In this document: in pieces, positions 36,867 to 48,300 of the stretch
Numbering within the stretch: position 1 is the stretch's first letter
Layout of the letters: each line of letters opens with the position of its first letter
Origin: Isurus oxyrinchus
Lineage: Eukaryota
DNA length: 64,000 bases
Reading direction: 5' to 3'
Assembly: GCA_026770705.1 (NCBI GenBank)
Contig: JANJGN010000041.1
Location: 5,766,001 to 5,830,000, forward strand
Notes under the pieces: generated by a model
Database searches by the model: none
Told to the model about the DNA's origin: nothing
The model's input: only the letters and a program-made list of their open reading frames with translations
Program-made: the position numbers and the translations under genes

Positions 36867-37220
36867 GGGAGGCGTTGGGATATTATCACTGGAATAGTAA
36901 TCCAGAAGACCAGGGTAATGTTCTGGGGATCTGGATTTTACAGATGGTGGACTCAGGCACAGCAGACTGGAATTTGAATTCAATACAAATCTGGAATTGA
37001 AAGTCTGATGCTGACCTTGGAACATTGTGGATTATTGCAGATATACATCTGGTCATTAATGTCCTTTAGGAAGGGAAATAAAGCTGTCCTTAACTGGTCG
37101 GGCATCTATGTGATTCCAATGTATTTTACTGTACACTGTCCTCTGAACAGCATCAATTAGGGATGGATAATAAATATTGACCTGGCCAGCGACGGCCAGA
37201 TCCATTGAAGTAAAAGAAAA
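36867..37220 (+). mobile_element. tRNA-derived SINE with a CR1-type tail
   Basis: Decayed tRNA-like head (tatcactggaatagtaatccaga), body gaatttgaattcaat...aatctggaattgaaagtct, and tail caattagggatgg...ctggccagcgacg shared with the LINE at 1820-2260. Confidence 0.65.
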
Positions 37221-37259
37221 TCAGTCTGGCTCGGCAGCCCCTTTAAATTGCAGATATTA

Positions 37260-39150
37260 TGTGCAAAGTGTGTTAAAACCTCATGGATACGTCATGACTA
37301 GATCTCAGGCCCAATGCAACTTCGAAAAGAAGCGAAGAAGCCATAAAGGAGGGAAATAGCTTAGAAAGGCAATACTTCTCACTAATTTTTGAGAACTAAA
37401 GTAAAACGATGAATGTAAAGAGAATATAAATGATATCTTCACCCCCATCTTCTTTAATCAAAATTCAACAGGCTGATACGAAGTTAAGAAAACTTTATCA
37501 AACAGCCCACTCGGAGACTGAATCAATACAAAACACCTGAGTGTTGTTATTTAAAATACAATGTGCTAATGAGGAAATAGATACCACCTCAAATACCAGC
37601 CAATGAGCAATGGGTCTTTTTCATAAGCTTCCATCTGGGTGTCATAATGTCATTTTACGAGAGGCTCACTGGTTTCCAATGGCACTTCATTTGGTTATTA
37701 CGAAAACACAGGCCAGCGCACCGAAAATTTTATGTATTTACCCTAATGCCAAGGCTAAAGTCTGCCTGACATGTCATACATGTCAGGTAGTGGGGAAACA
37801 CCGATCAACAATTAAACATGCACCTTGGACAGCGGAAGAATGTCTTTTGCCTTGCATGGTGTAAGGTACGTGGTGTATCACCCATAAAGTAACATTATTA
37901 GAGGTTTAATGCAGGGAAATTAGACCTAGTGAAGGAAGAGGTCAGGTTCATGATGGGAGATGGCATTATTAAAACGAGTCACAGCGCATGGAGCACACTC
38001 CTTGTAATGGTACCAAAACCAGTTGTGGCACAATGATTGTTTACAGTCGATGGCAAAGTTAATACTGTCACATATGCTAATCAATTTCCAATTCCCCATT
38101 CCAAAACCGTATTGCGAATATTTGAAAAGCAAATTTAATGACAGATATTGACTTTATTGAAGGAATATTGGCAATCTCTTTGACGGATATGGCCAAAGAA
38201 ACATCAGATGTGCAAACCAAGAATTTACTTTTTTCAACATTATGTCATGACATTCGGAATGAATAAAGCAGCAGACAAGTTTCAACGATTAACCAACAGG
38301 GTTATTGAAGGATTATTGAACTCTGCTGTATCTATTTTGGAGTTTGTTCTGTTAAGCTAAGCTTGGGAGGAACATTTGCAACACTCGACTGAAGAGTTTC
38401 ATCGGTTACAAAGAGACAATTTAGTCATTAATTTGCACGAAGTGAATTTGCCAAAGTGAAAGTGACTTTTTGGGCCACACTGTGGGGAAGGCAAAGTGAT
38501 GCCCAAATAAGCAAAAACAGGGGCCAACCAGGAATGACAGTGCTTACGACTAAATGAGAGATTTAGGGCTATCAACATCAGTGGATTTCATCAGAAGTTT
38601 TTTTCTCAATATAAGCATTGCAGTGGTTGCCCTAAAGAAAATATGCTAAAGAAAAACATTAAAACTAAATGGACAAAGGATTGTCAAAGCGCATTTGAAA
38701 CTTGAAAACTGTATTGACCAGTGCAACTGTTTTAGGGGCATCAACTTGTGTAAAGCCATTTCAACAGTCTTTTGATGTTAGTGAGTGTTGGCTCAGTTGT
38801 ACCACAGGGTGGCAAAATGGGGATCGAACGGCCAACCAGTTACTTCGCTGGAAAGATAAATTATTGCCAGAGGCAATACCACGGTGTGAGAAGGATACTC
38901 TGAATTTAGTGCTGGCTATCAAACATTTTGACGTATAGTTATGAATACATTCTGCAGATATGGTTTTGAATACTGACTGGGTTCCTTTATCCGTTCTGAC
39001 AAAGATTCAAAACAATGATCTGCGACTATTTTGGTGGGGTTCAATGATCCCTGATAAATTAAAACTCAGCCATGTAGCGGGGAGTTACAATATAATAGCA
39101 AATGCTTTATCAAGCGCAAATATGGCAGGAGAACAATATTGTGAGTAATA
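37260..39150 (+). mobile_element. Decayed Ty3/Gypsy pol with Gmr1-type domain order (INT zinc finger, RT, RNase H)
   Basis: In order: VMTRSQA; ILREAHWFPMALHLVITKT...CLTCHTCQVVGK (H2C2); MTFGMNKAADKFQRL and TFLGH (RT); WTKDCQSAFENLK, EKDTLNLVLAIKHF and NIIANALS (RNase H). Many stops and frameshifts. Confidence 0.85.
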
Positions 39151-39324
39151 TGGACTTGTATAGAATATGATTCTTATGGATGATTTTTGTGTATTTAATG
39201 TAAGTGCATTGTTAGAGCTATAGTAAAGCTGTGCATGTATTTTAGCTGTAGCGATGAGAGGAGATGGTAAGAGCACATGCAAATTCCTCTTCAAATTAAC
39301 TTTTAATTTATTTTTCTTTTGCGG

Positions 39325-40290
39325 GTGAATTTATGGCAAGCAAAAATAATTTTAAGTAAGCTACATTTGTATTTGAAGTGTAAAGCCTGCGTCTGATGTC
39401 AGTTTGGATTTTTGCGAAAATCAGCTGGGAAGACTGGTGCCCTCTATGAACGCTTGCATTTTACCGAGGTTTGAGGACGATTGCATTGAAGACATTGCCC
39501 ACCAATGAGATTGGTCATTAAGTGAACAGAAAAAAAGAAGTAGAAAAGAAAACTGTGCTGTCCACTCGCAACAGGAGCTCAGAGAGAGAGATGCACAGAA
39601 GACAGAGAGACAAGAGGGCAAGCACTTTTTAGCTTGAGTTGGTATGAAAATACGTCCGAGTAATGGCTGGAAGAAAAGGCCAAAGGCTGTCACTCACTGG
39701 GCATGGTGACAGATTATTACGAAACTCATGGATCATGCTCTAAATTTAAAGTGGTGGTGCATTTAAAGAGAGTTTTCTGGATATCTCAAGAGTGATACCA
39801 ATTATGAAAGGCTTTCTGACGAATGTTGAGATGCCCACTGGAAAATAAACTTCTTTACCAAGGAAGGAGCTTTAGTTTTGCCCAAAATTCCTGGTACCTG
39901 TTCACTTGCGACAGATCTGGACCTGTAAGTGTGTTCCTAGGATAGAATGGATAACGAGAGTTTCAAACAATTCGGTCGGTGTTTCTGTGTTGAAACATTC
40001 CCTCCCTTTTTGTTGTTAAGTGTAATATGGCCATGATTATTATCAATTATTTTTGTGTTACAGAGGCAAAGCATACTCCTGTGAATTTGTTTGCCTAAGC
40101 AATCTCCACGCATTAAAATAAAATGTTTTTAATATTGCTCATCAAGCAAAGCCCCATTCTGCTTTGGAGATCCATTGTTCCTCCCTCTCTGCTTTTAAAG
40201 AGGGCTTGAAGACTTACAACCTTCCAAACCTCAGATAATACCTTGAGGTAGAATTAAATATAGTGGTCAGTCCGATCACCATTCGCATCG
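39325..40290 (+). mobile_element. Probable 3' LTR of the Gypsy remnant
   Basis: About 1 kb of non-coding sequence following pol and a T-tract with a decayed purine run (gcgggtg). AATAAA near 40117. Boundaries approximate. Confidence 0.45.
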
Positions 40291-40566
40291 TTCCTTCCCT
40301 CAGTGAACTGCATACTCCCCATCCAGACCAGGTCAATGTTATAATTTATAGTGACATAATAACTGTTGGATCAAAAGACGATCACAGAATCAATTTGTTC
40401 ACTGTGTAACTCATGTCAATCTCCATGGATGCTAATTGTGTCACTGGACGATTTCCCTCTTCCATTAATACAGGGCTCAATACAATGCATTATGCAAAAG
40501 TGTTAGCAGCAGAATCGCATCCAGCAGTCACAAGGATCAACGGCCCCTGAGAAATCGAGTGGGAGT

Positions 40567-40864
40567 GAACAGAATCTGAGAACAACAGATTGTAATGTTA
40601 CAACAATGGAGCAGTATAGGAGAATATTGAATTCGAATGTTGAAACAATGAATTAGATTGTGAGGACAATATAATTGGATGTTACAACAATGGATCAGAA
40701 TCTGAGAACAATATATTGGGATGTGACAACAATGGAAAAGACTTTATCCTCCGGACTTCACTATCTTTCTCAAGATTGGATATTGTTAGCTGATTGGAGC
40801 AATGGTGTTCTTGCCGTGATTCAAGTGAGTTATTACCCCATCCAAACCATTGTTGGTGTCTCAG
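40567..40864 (+). pseudogene. GPR139-like GPCR copy 1, exon 1 (repetitive N-terminus and start of TM1)
   Basis: ...MDQNLRTIYWDVTTMEK...VIQVSYYPIQTIVGVS followed by a strong phase-1 donor CAG|GTAAGA at 40865. YYP....GV is the TM1 entry of GPR139-like receptors. Confidence 0.7.
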
Positions 40865-40899
40865 GTAAGACGCTCTATTCAGCAGTCCAATCCCTAAAG

Positions 40900-41430
40900 C
40901 ACAGATAACTGCATTACCGTTACTGTCTTTAACATTTATGCAACACTGCAGCCACATTCAACTGTTACCAGCATAAAGTCTGTTCCCTATCCAGAGTCTG
41001 CACTGCCCCCTGGCACAAATGTCGAAGCCTGAACCAAACTGTTACCCACCTCCAAGCTCCTTTAATACTGATCTGATTTCTGAGCCCAGATCCTCTGCAT
41101 TCTAAATTTTGTCTGCTACCAGTTCCTTTACACCAACCACCATCACCCCTGCCTCAGTCCAACAGCAGAGTAACACGCCGCTGTGCCTTGGTTAAGGCCA
41201 GACTCGACTAATGTTAATCTCTCCACACAATTCCTGTTACAAACCTTCAAGAACCAGAGCCCACCAAAAACTCGAACGTCTGTCAGGTAACTTACACAAA
41301 ATCCCATTTGTCCGTCATCCATGTGCTCACAGATCAACGTTGGTCGTGGGTCTGCAAGCTCCTCAACTTCAATAATCCTAATCCTGTGATTATATCACTC
41401 CATAGCCTCACTCCTCCAATTAATCCAATT
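40900..41430 (+). mobile_element. L2 LINE RT C-terminal fragment
   Basis: Decayed SRLD.NV, QNS....LT..K, PVL.D..W and KSLH.L.P motifs. Confidence 0.6.
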
Positions 41431-41769
41431 GCCAGTATCTGGTGCTTCATGGTTGACAGGGGGCTTACATAGGTTTGATGAATGCCTTTAAATCTCGGCT
41501 TTTATCTTTCCACTGAAAGCCTGTGTTACTCATTCCAAGCTAGATATGTATTGAGCAACAGTTGGAACCCTCTGCAGTTTCATTTGAATGAGCAAGGCAA
41601 AGCGGTTATAATTGATTAATTTCATTGGAAAGTTCATTGCGGTGCTGTGGATCTTTTTCTAGGTGTTGAGCTGTGAGGGGCTGCGTACATTCAGGGTGGA
41701 AAAATAATTTCCCATCCCGGCTCTGGAGGCTGCTGTTGCAGTGCATTTGGATCTGCACGTTCACCAGCA

Positions 41770-42720
41770 AACGTAGCAGAGGGCGCAAAGAGTGAAATCT
41801 CTGTGAACATGGTGGAGGAGAAGTGGTGACCTGCACTACGCCTCCCGGAATTTCCAGGAACACTAAGAAATCTACAACGAACACAGGCAAAGTGGCTGAA
41901 GTAAGTCTGATGCAGCGAGGAGTTGGCTGCATATATGTGTCACGTCCTTCAATATGTGCAGGAGCCTCACATCAGGGTGAGGGAGGTGCTGCCAGTGGCC
42001 GTTCAGGTCAGAGGATAATGGAAAGTTTCAAACAAGGAACAAATGACATGTTCATTTTTCAACACAATTTTTTCTAATGATGTATCCAATACTTGAGAGG
42101 GAACATAAATGCTGGGAGAAGCATTTGCACCGTTGGGTCCCTCCAAAGGGAAGTGTGGTCCCATGGCTTCCCAGGATAGCAGCATTCCGTTGGTGTACAT
42201 GGCTCTGCCATGTCTCCATTTCAATTGGGACAGTTACAGGATATGAAAGGTTTCTCAGTCCTTTAACGTGCAGTTGATGTGCGGGTATGCACAGTGTGTC
42301 ATGCTGGTGACTGTCCCATATCCTCGCTGCAGACACGATACCTTCATTCTGAAGCAGTTGGTGATTTCCAACACATTCAGCTCTCCTGAGAGAACCATAA
42401 TGTGGCTCTTACGTGATGAAAACAGCCCCGCAGATAATTGGATCAACAAAACAAAACACGCCCTCAATGCTCCCTGATGTCCACCGAACAAGTAAACACA
42501 ACACCTGAAGAGTGACAGCAATGGAGCTGCACCGAACATTGTGGATCAAGCCGTGAGTGTGATGAAGCAATGCTTCGGATGCCGGAGCCATGCAGTGTGA
42601 GCACTCATTCTGGAGCGGGTGGTCATGCTCATAATGTTCTAATTCTCTCTTCATATCATCACCATCATGAGGACATGGGCATTGACACCAGAAACCCGAG
42701 GAAAACCACAGGAAGAGGAG
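41770..42720 (+). mobile_element. PIF/Harbinger DDE transposase remnant (HARBI1-like)
   Basis: KGFSVLNVQLMCG...YPRCRHDTFILKQ...WLLRDENSP..NW...IVDQAVSVMKQCFGC matches the Harbinger motifs NRKGFHS.NVQ.VCD, PGS.HD, LLGD.GYP and IE...G.LK.RF. Frameshifts and stops present. Confidence 0.8.
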
Positions 42721-43738
42721 TAGAGTACAGTTACGGTATACCCTGGATGCATTTGAATTTGAGAGGTTGCCGGATTTGCTTCCTTAGACTCTAGTTCTGA
42801 TAACATCGTATTCTGAGCTTGTTCGCAATGGAATGTCAATGTGTGGACAATGGGAATCGGACAACATGTTTACAGGGCAGGGACGCTATTAATGATGAAA
42901 GAAACACTTCAAAATAACATTCGTTAGGAAACATTTTGAGGTATTCGTGCAGTAAAAATGGCTAATTCGTGTTACATGTCATTGCATTTATTCACAAGAG
43001 AGGGTCAACCGCACTGTCGATTAAAAGACAGATTTTCCCCAATTCCATTTGTCTTGAAGCAATGAGGAGAGAATTCTTCGGGTCTGCAACACTTTCAACG
43101 AACAGCTTAAGCATTGTAAATAATCTACCCGTGTATTTTATACTGTCGTATTTATCTAATCGCATGTTACATATTTGGGTATCATATTTTATTATGTGTG
43201 TGCTTGCGATTTTTAGAGGCAAGTGTTCGTTATGTTTTTTTTTATTTTGGACTTTGTAATAAATGAATGTTTACCCTTTCATTTGATGTTAACATTCCCA
43301 AGAACGCCTGTTTATGAGACTAATCTCGAAATTACATGAGTCGATGGGGGAATCTCTCTTTCTCATTAGTACATGATCTTCTGCTCGGCAGAGAGGTTGG
43401 GAACAAAGATAAATCAGCCCATACCTTTTCTCTGTCATTTACCCAACCATCACCGTTGGTTGCTCCCTTTCAACACCAGCTCCCCTGTCACTCCTGAGTT
43501 TTTCTCCCCAAAAATCTGCCTCCCCCGCCTCTCTTGTCTCCTCTGCCCCTACAGCTCTGTTCTTCTTTTATTCACTCTTACCTCCCTTCCACTGTGTCAC
43601 AGACCTTCTTGGTTCTCCTTTCAGGACCATTCATTTCAATACATCAGAGGATGCTCGAACACATCTCAATAACACCACGATCTTGCTGGCAACTTTGATG
43701 CCAGAGTCACTCTCATTGTTTATTTCCCTGCTTTGCAC

Positions 43739-44634
43739 TAACCCTAATCGCGATTATGATCCTCAAGCGCAAGAGGTGTGGTCTCGCCGATTGTGTTACC
43801 CATTACCTGGTTGCCATTGGCAGTGTCTGATCTACTTGTCATTATCCTGGACCTGACTTTGAGGCATATTCCAATTGTGTTAGATAAGTATTTTGTTTTC
43901 ACGAAATCAATCCCCATGTTTAATATCCATGCCATCCTGCTTTATGCAGCCAATGACTCTTCTGTCTGGTTCACTGTTGCTTTCACCTTTGAGCGATTTG
44001 TGGGTATTTATTGCCTAAAGCTGAAAATCAAATATTGCAGCGAAAAAAAACGGCAGCTCTGGTTTTTGGCACCGTGAATGTGCTGAGCTGTTCAAAGAAC
44101 ATTTTCTGCTGTTTTATGCTCACAGGTTAGTGTTGGCTCATAAACTTCCTCCGGTTTTGTGGTTACACAAAGGAAGTTCTGTTGTCACGGTTCTGGGTAA
44201 CAATCTAGTTTACCCATCACATGCAAATACCGCGTGTCGCATTTGTGTGGATTGTGCTGCTCAATATTTTGACAGGAAGGTACATTTTACTGGCCAGCAG
44301 CGGACACCTGAGGCTCCATGCTCGCAAAAATTGGAAATCTCCCGGAGAACAAGATATGGAGAGTCAAAATAAATCGATCATTTTACTGATCTCAACCAAT
44401 TTCATACTGTTATGGGCAACGTAAATCGTTTATTCTATATGGACCCGGCTGTATGAATTTGGGGACAATTCTCTGTATCTGCCTAATATGGTTCTGGAAT
44501 TGGGTTTCATGCTGCAGCTCCTGAGTAACTGCATAAGCACTGGGATTTACACTGTGACCCAGCTGAAATTCACGGAACATATGTGGAGTATGGTAAACTA
44601 TCCCTTTAATCACATTATTCAATTAGATCAATGA
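43739..44634 (+). pseudogene. GPR139-like class A GPCR copy 1, exon 2 (disabled)
   Basis: Acceptor is mutated (ttgcAC|). Pieces read LIAIMILKRKRCGL, AVSDLLVII, DSSVWFTVAFTFERFVGIYCLKLKIKYC, VLLNILT, KSIILL..NFILLW and ISTGIYTVTQLKF. There are at least two frameshifts and several stops. Confidence 0.9.
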
Positions 44635-45339
44635 TTAGACCATCTGAATCATTAGTATCTCTAGAATTATTCCATGTAATTTATCATTTCAAGAGCGAGG
44701 ATGGGCCTTTCACTGGAGGGGATGGAACAATGGGAGATTCCTGATTTTTCACATTGAATTCCACATTTCCTGCGTGGGGTGGGTGATGGCACTGGGCTGC
44801 GAATGAATCTCTGCTTGTTTTTGGAACTTTCACCTTGATTTTCACATTTCTAGTGCGGGTAGGTGTCTGTGACAAAGCACAGTTTCAAAGCAGGGGCTTC
44901 ACTCAGTAATATGTATTCCTGAAATCGAGTAGGAGCTCGCAGCATCTGGGCACGCTATTTCATTATTCCCGGTATTAATATTCAAGTAAATTGAAGTAAA
45001 CTCTCTGGTGCCTCGCTGGTTAATTAGCTGAAGACATGTAACTGATTGGAACAGGCAGTTATCTCATGTTCCAAACTGAACTTATATCCTCTAAATTAAA
45101 CAGGCCCATTCCCTAGAAAGTGATCAAATAATTCAATGTTCTTCCATTTTTCAAAAATTAAAAAAAGTTTGGCGTTATATATCCATAACAGCTGGAAATG
45201 AACAAATGTCACCACAGTTTATAAGAATACATGGAGACTGAATAATCTCTGTAGATCTGTAAGCTTAACATCAGTAGCAGGGGAAATTCTGCAACCTATT
45301 ATAAAACCTAATTGTTTTGAAAATAGTGGTAGCATGGCG

Positions 45340-48300
45340 GAGAGTGAGATTTGGAAGAATGTGTGAATTTATCCACTTTGTTCAGAAAATCAGAAATGCA
45401 GGGTAGTTAATAAATGGTAAGTAGTGATGTCGAAATTGAGCTAAATATCCTTCTTCATCAGTCACTAATAAACTATGTGTTGAAGGAAGCAATTAGAAAT
45501 TCAAAAGGTGCCTTAGCATTTCAAGCAAGTGAATTTGATTGCACGAGTAATAATATAATGTTGCAATTGCGTCAAACATTTGTGAGAAGGCAGCAGGATA
45601 TTTTGCACAGTTTTAGCCAATTTAACCAAGGAAGGTTGTAGGTGTCTCAGAAGGATTGTAAGGAAAGTACTCCATGTTGATGACCTATGGGGAGAGTTTG
45701 AGGAGTTTGTGTGTATGTTCTCTAGAGTGTAGAAGAATAAGAGATGATCTCAATGAAGCATACATATTTCTTACATTGTTCAACCGTTTAGACACGTAAA
45801 TATTATTGATACACTCTAGGTGTTCTAGATTAAAGACTCAGTCTCAGAATATGAGGTAGAACATTTTGGACTGAGATGCGGAGGAAATCAGTCACTTATA
45901 GGGTGGTGAATCACTGGAATTCCCAACGCCAGTGGGCTGTGAAAGATGAGTCATTGAGCATGTTTAAAACAAAAATCGATAAATTTCTTGTTACTAAAGT
46001 GTGCACGGTTTTGTGGATTTTGCTAGGAAATTGTGTTGATGTAGAAGAACCGCCATTATCTAGTTTAATGTTGGAACGGGTTAAACGGCCCAAATGACCT
46101 AGTCCTCTCGTTCCCTAATTCCATTGCCCCTTGCAACATGTGGAATCCCATTCAGTCATGTATTTTTTATAATTGTACATTCAAATATGCAGAAGAGTGA
46201 AGGGCGCTGTTCAACGTCGTTTATTAAATGATGAATTATTTGAATGTGGAAATATTCAATTCTTGTACTGTCAGGCCAACAGGATTCGAATAAAGAGCAG
46301 GGCAAAATAGATGACCCTGGAGGCCAATCCAAGGAAATAACATTTCACTGTATTGATCCTATTGAGTTTTAGGCCAGCAGAGGCATCTCTGGTAGACAGG
46401 CTGCAATCTGCGTTGAAGTAGACAAATGAAAGAGTTTTCTAAATAGCTTGATTGGCTGCCAGCTGAACTGCCACATCTGTGGATCATAGTTACTCAATGG
46501 TGTTGAGTGTCTGAGGAAATATAAATAATAAGATGTTTTAATTCTGCTAAGAATTGCAATGGAATAAATCATATTTGTATAATTAAACAGTTCCACTTGT
46601 GATCTTTTAGACCAGTGCTTTCTATTCGAAATCGCCTAGATGTCACATATGTGGCTATGACTACCTGATTTTATTCCTGTCTTTATTTTCTGAAAGCACT
46701 TAATGGTTTTACGCTATTAACCAAGGGGTCGGTCTGGGTGGATGCAAGAATCAGCTTGGACTGATGTGTCTCAGATCTTATTTACACATGGCTTGTGAAG
46801 CTTGTTATTTTGAATAGCTTTCTGAAGTAAACTCATTCAGCATACCCCCTGCATTCCCATGAGTTCATGGAGATCCTGTCCAGGGCTTGTTAAAAGTCAG
46901 TCGGATTCCATTTTTTAAATTTTTGAAATGACATCAAAATGCATCGTTCACATAACGTATTAATGAATCAGTTGCAGAGCTGGACTGTTGCGCTGGTGTT
47001 GAATTGATGGTGCTCATTGTTGTGCTTTGTTTCAATACTTATTTTCCGCTCAACTCTCAACATGTTATAAATCTCTCCCCATCATTGAAGAGGACAATTT
47101 AGCGCATCTTCACACTACTGGAATGGATCAGTGAGATACTTAACCCTCCTTCTCGCACACGCACAACGTACTACAAGCCTACCCGAACCCATACAAACAT
47201 ATACACACACACACGCACACACACACACACCTCCAATTAAAGGGTTACAATGATTGTCTGGATTGTCCTTCATTGATCAGGCTGATTTGCTTGCCGGTGA
47301 ATATGATAAATGGCATTCCGTTCCTATCTCGCGACATTTTGCAGGTCGGAACTCACTGTCCTAGCTGAAAGAAACAGCTATCAGCGATGGTAGCCATGAG
47401 GGGTCATGGCGATTTACATAAATAAACCATCTGATGTCAGCAGCACGTAGTTCTTCCCTTGAGATCAAGCAGGCTCCAGTGAATGCAGCCGAGCGTCGTT
47501 TTTGCTATAATTCATTCATGAGATGCGGGAATCAAGTGAATAGTACTTGGGGTTAGAGTTTTCTGTGATCCCAGCTGATGTTGTCACGTAACAATTCAGA
47601 CTTCAGAATGCATCATGGATTGATAGGCCATTTCATATCTTTTATAACCCTTAGAGGGTACTTATTTAAACAGATTCACAATTATCTGACCTTGCTGTGT
47701 TATTTTTTAAACAAAAGATTTAAAATAATACTTTACACAAGCATTGACTATTTTCCATTCGGCAACAAACACTTTGCATAGGTTTCAACACAGGCGCCAA
47801 GATTTAAGTGGCTGAAGTTCAGACTACTCTTTTATCACTGCAACAATTACAGACCAAAGACTCTTGTGAAGAGGTTCCACTATTCCACATTCAGGGTAAA
47901 GCTAGTTCAGTTGCAATGACTGCACTTTGCCAGTGGACTTCTGAACATTCGCCGAACATATTCTGCAATTGGTAGCCCCGTTGGGATGTCCATTAACTAA
48001 CTGTAAATTCACTATTGTTTTAAGTTCAGGGCAACGTATTTGATTTTCTTAACTATCTGGGATCATTTGTAGCAAGGCAGAGTCTGAGATTTTTTTTTTT
48101 TGCATTGACTAAGTTGTTTCCTATTAATAATTAACTAAAACTGCTTCTCTCCTTGTCTCCATATCACTGTGGGTCTCCTTCTAATACCCTGCTGCTAAAA
48201 AAAAAGCACAGTTTATATTTATCTACCATTTATTTTTGTTGTAACTTCATTAAATTATCTCTTTGCTTCAATAAATATAAAAAAAATATTAAAAATGCAT

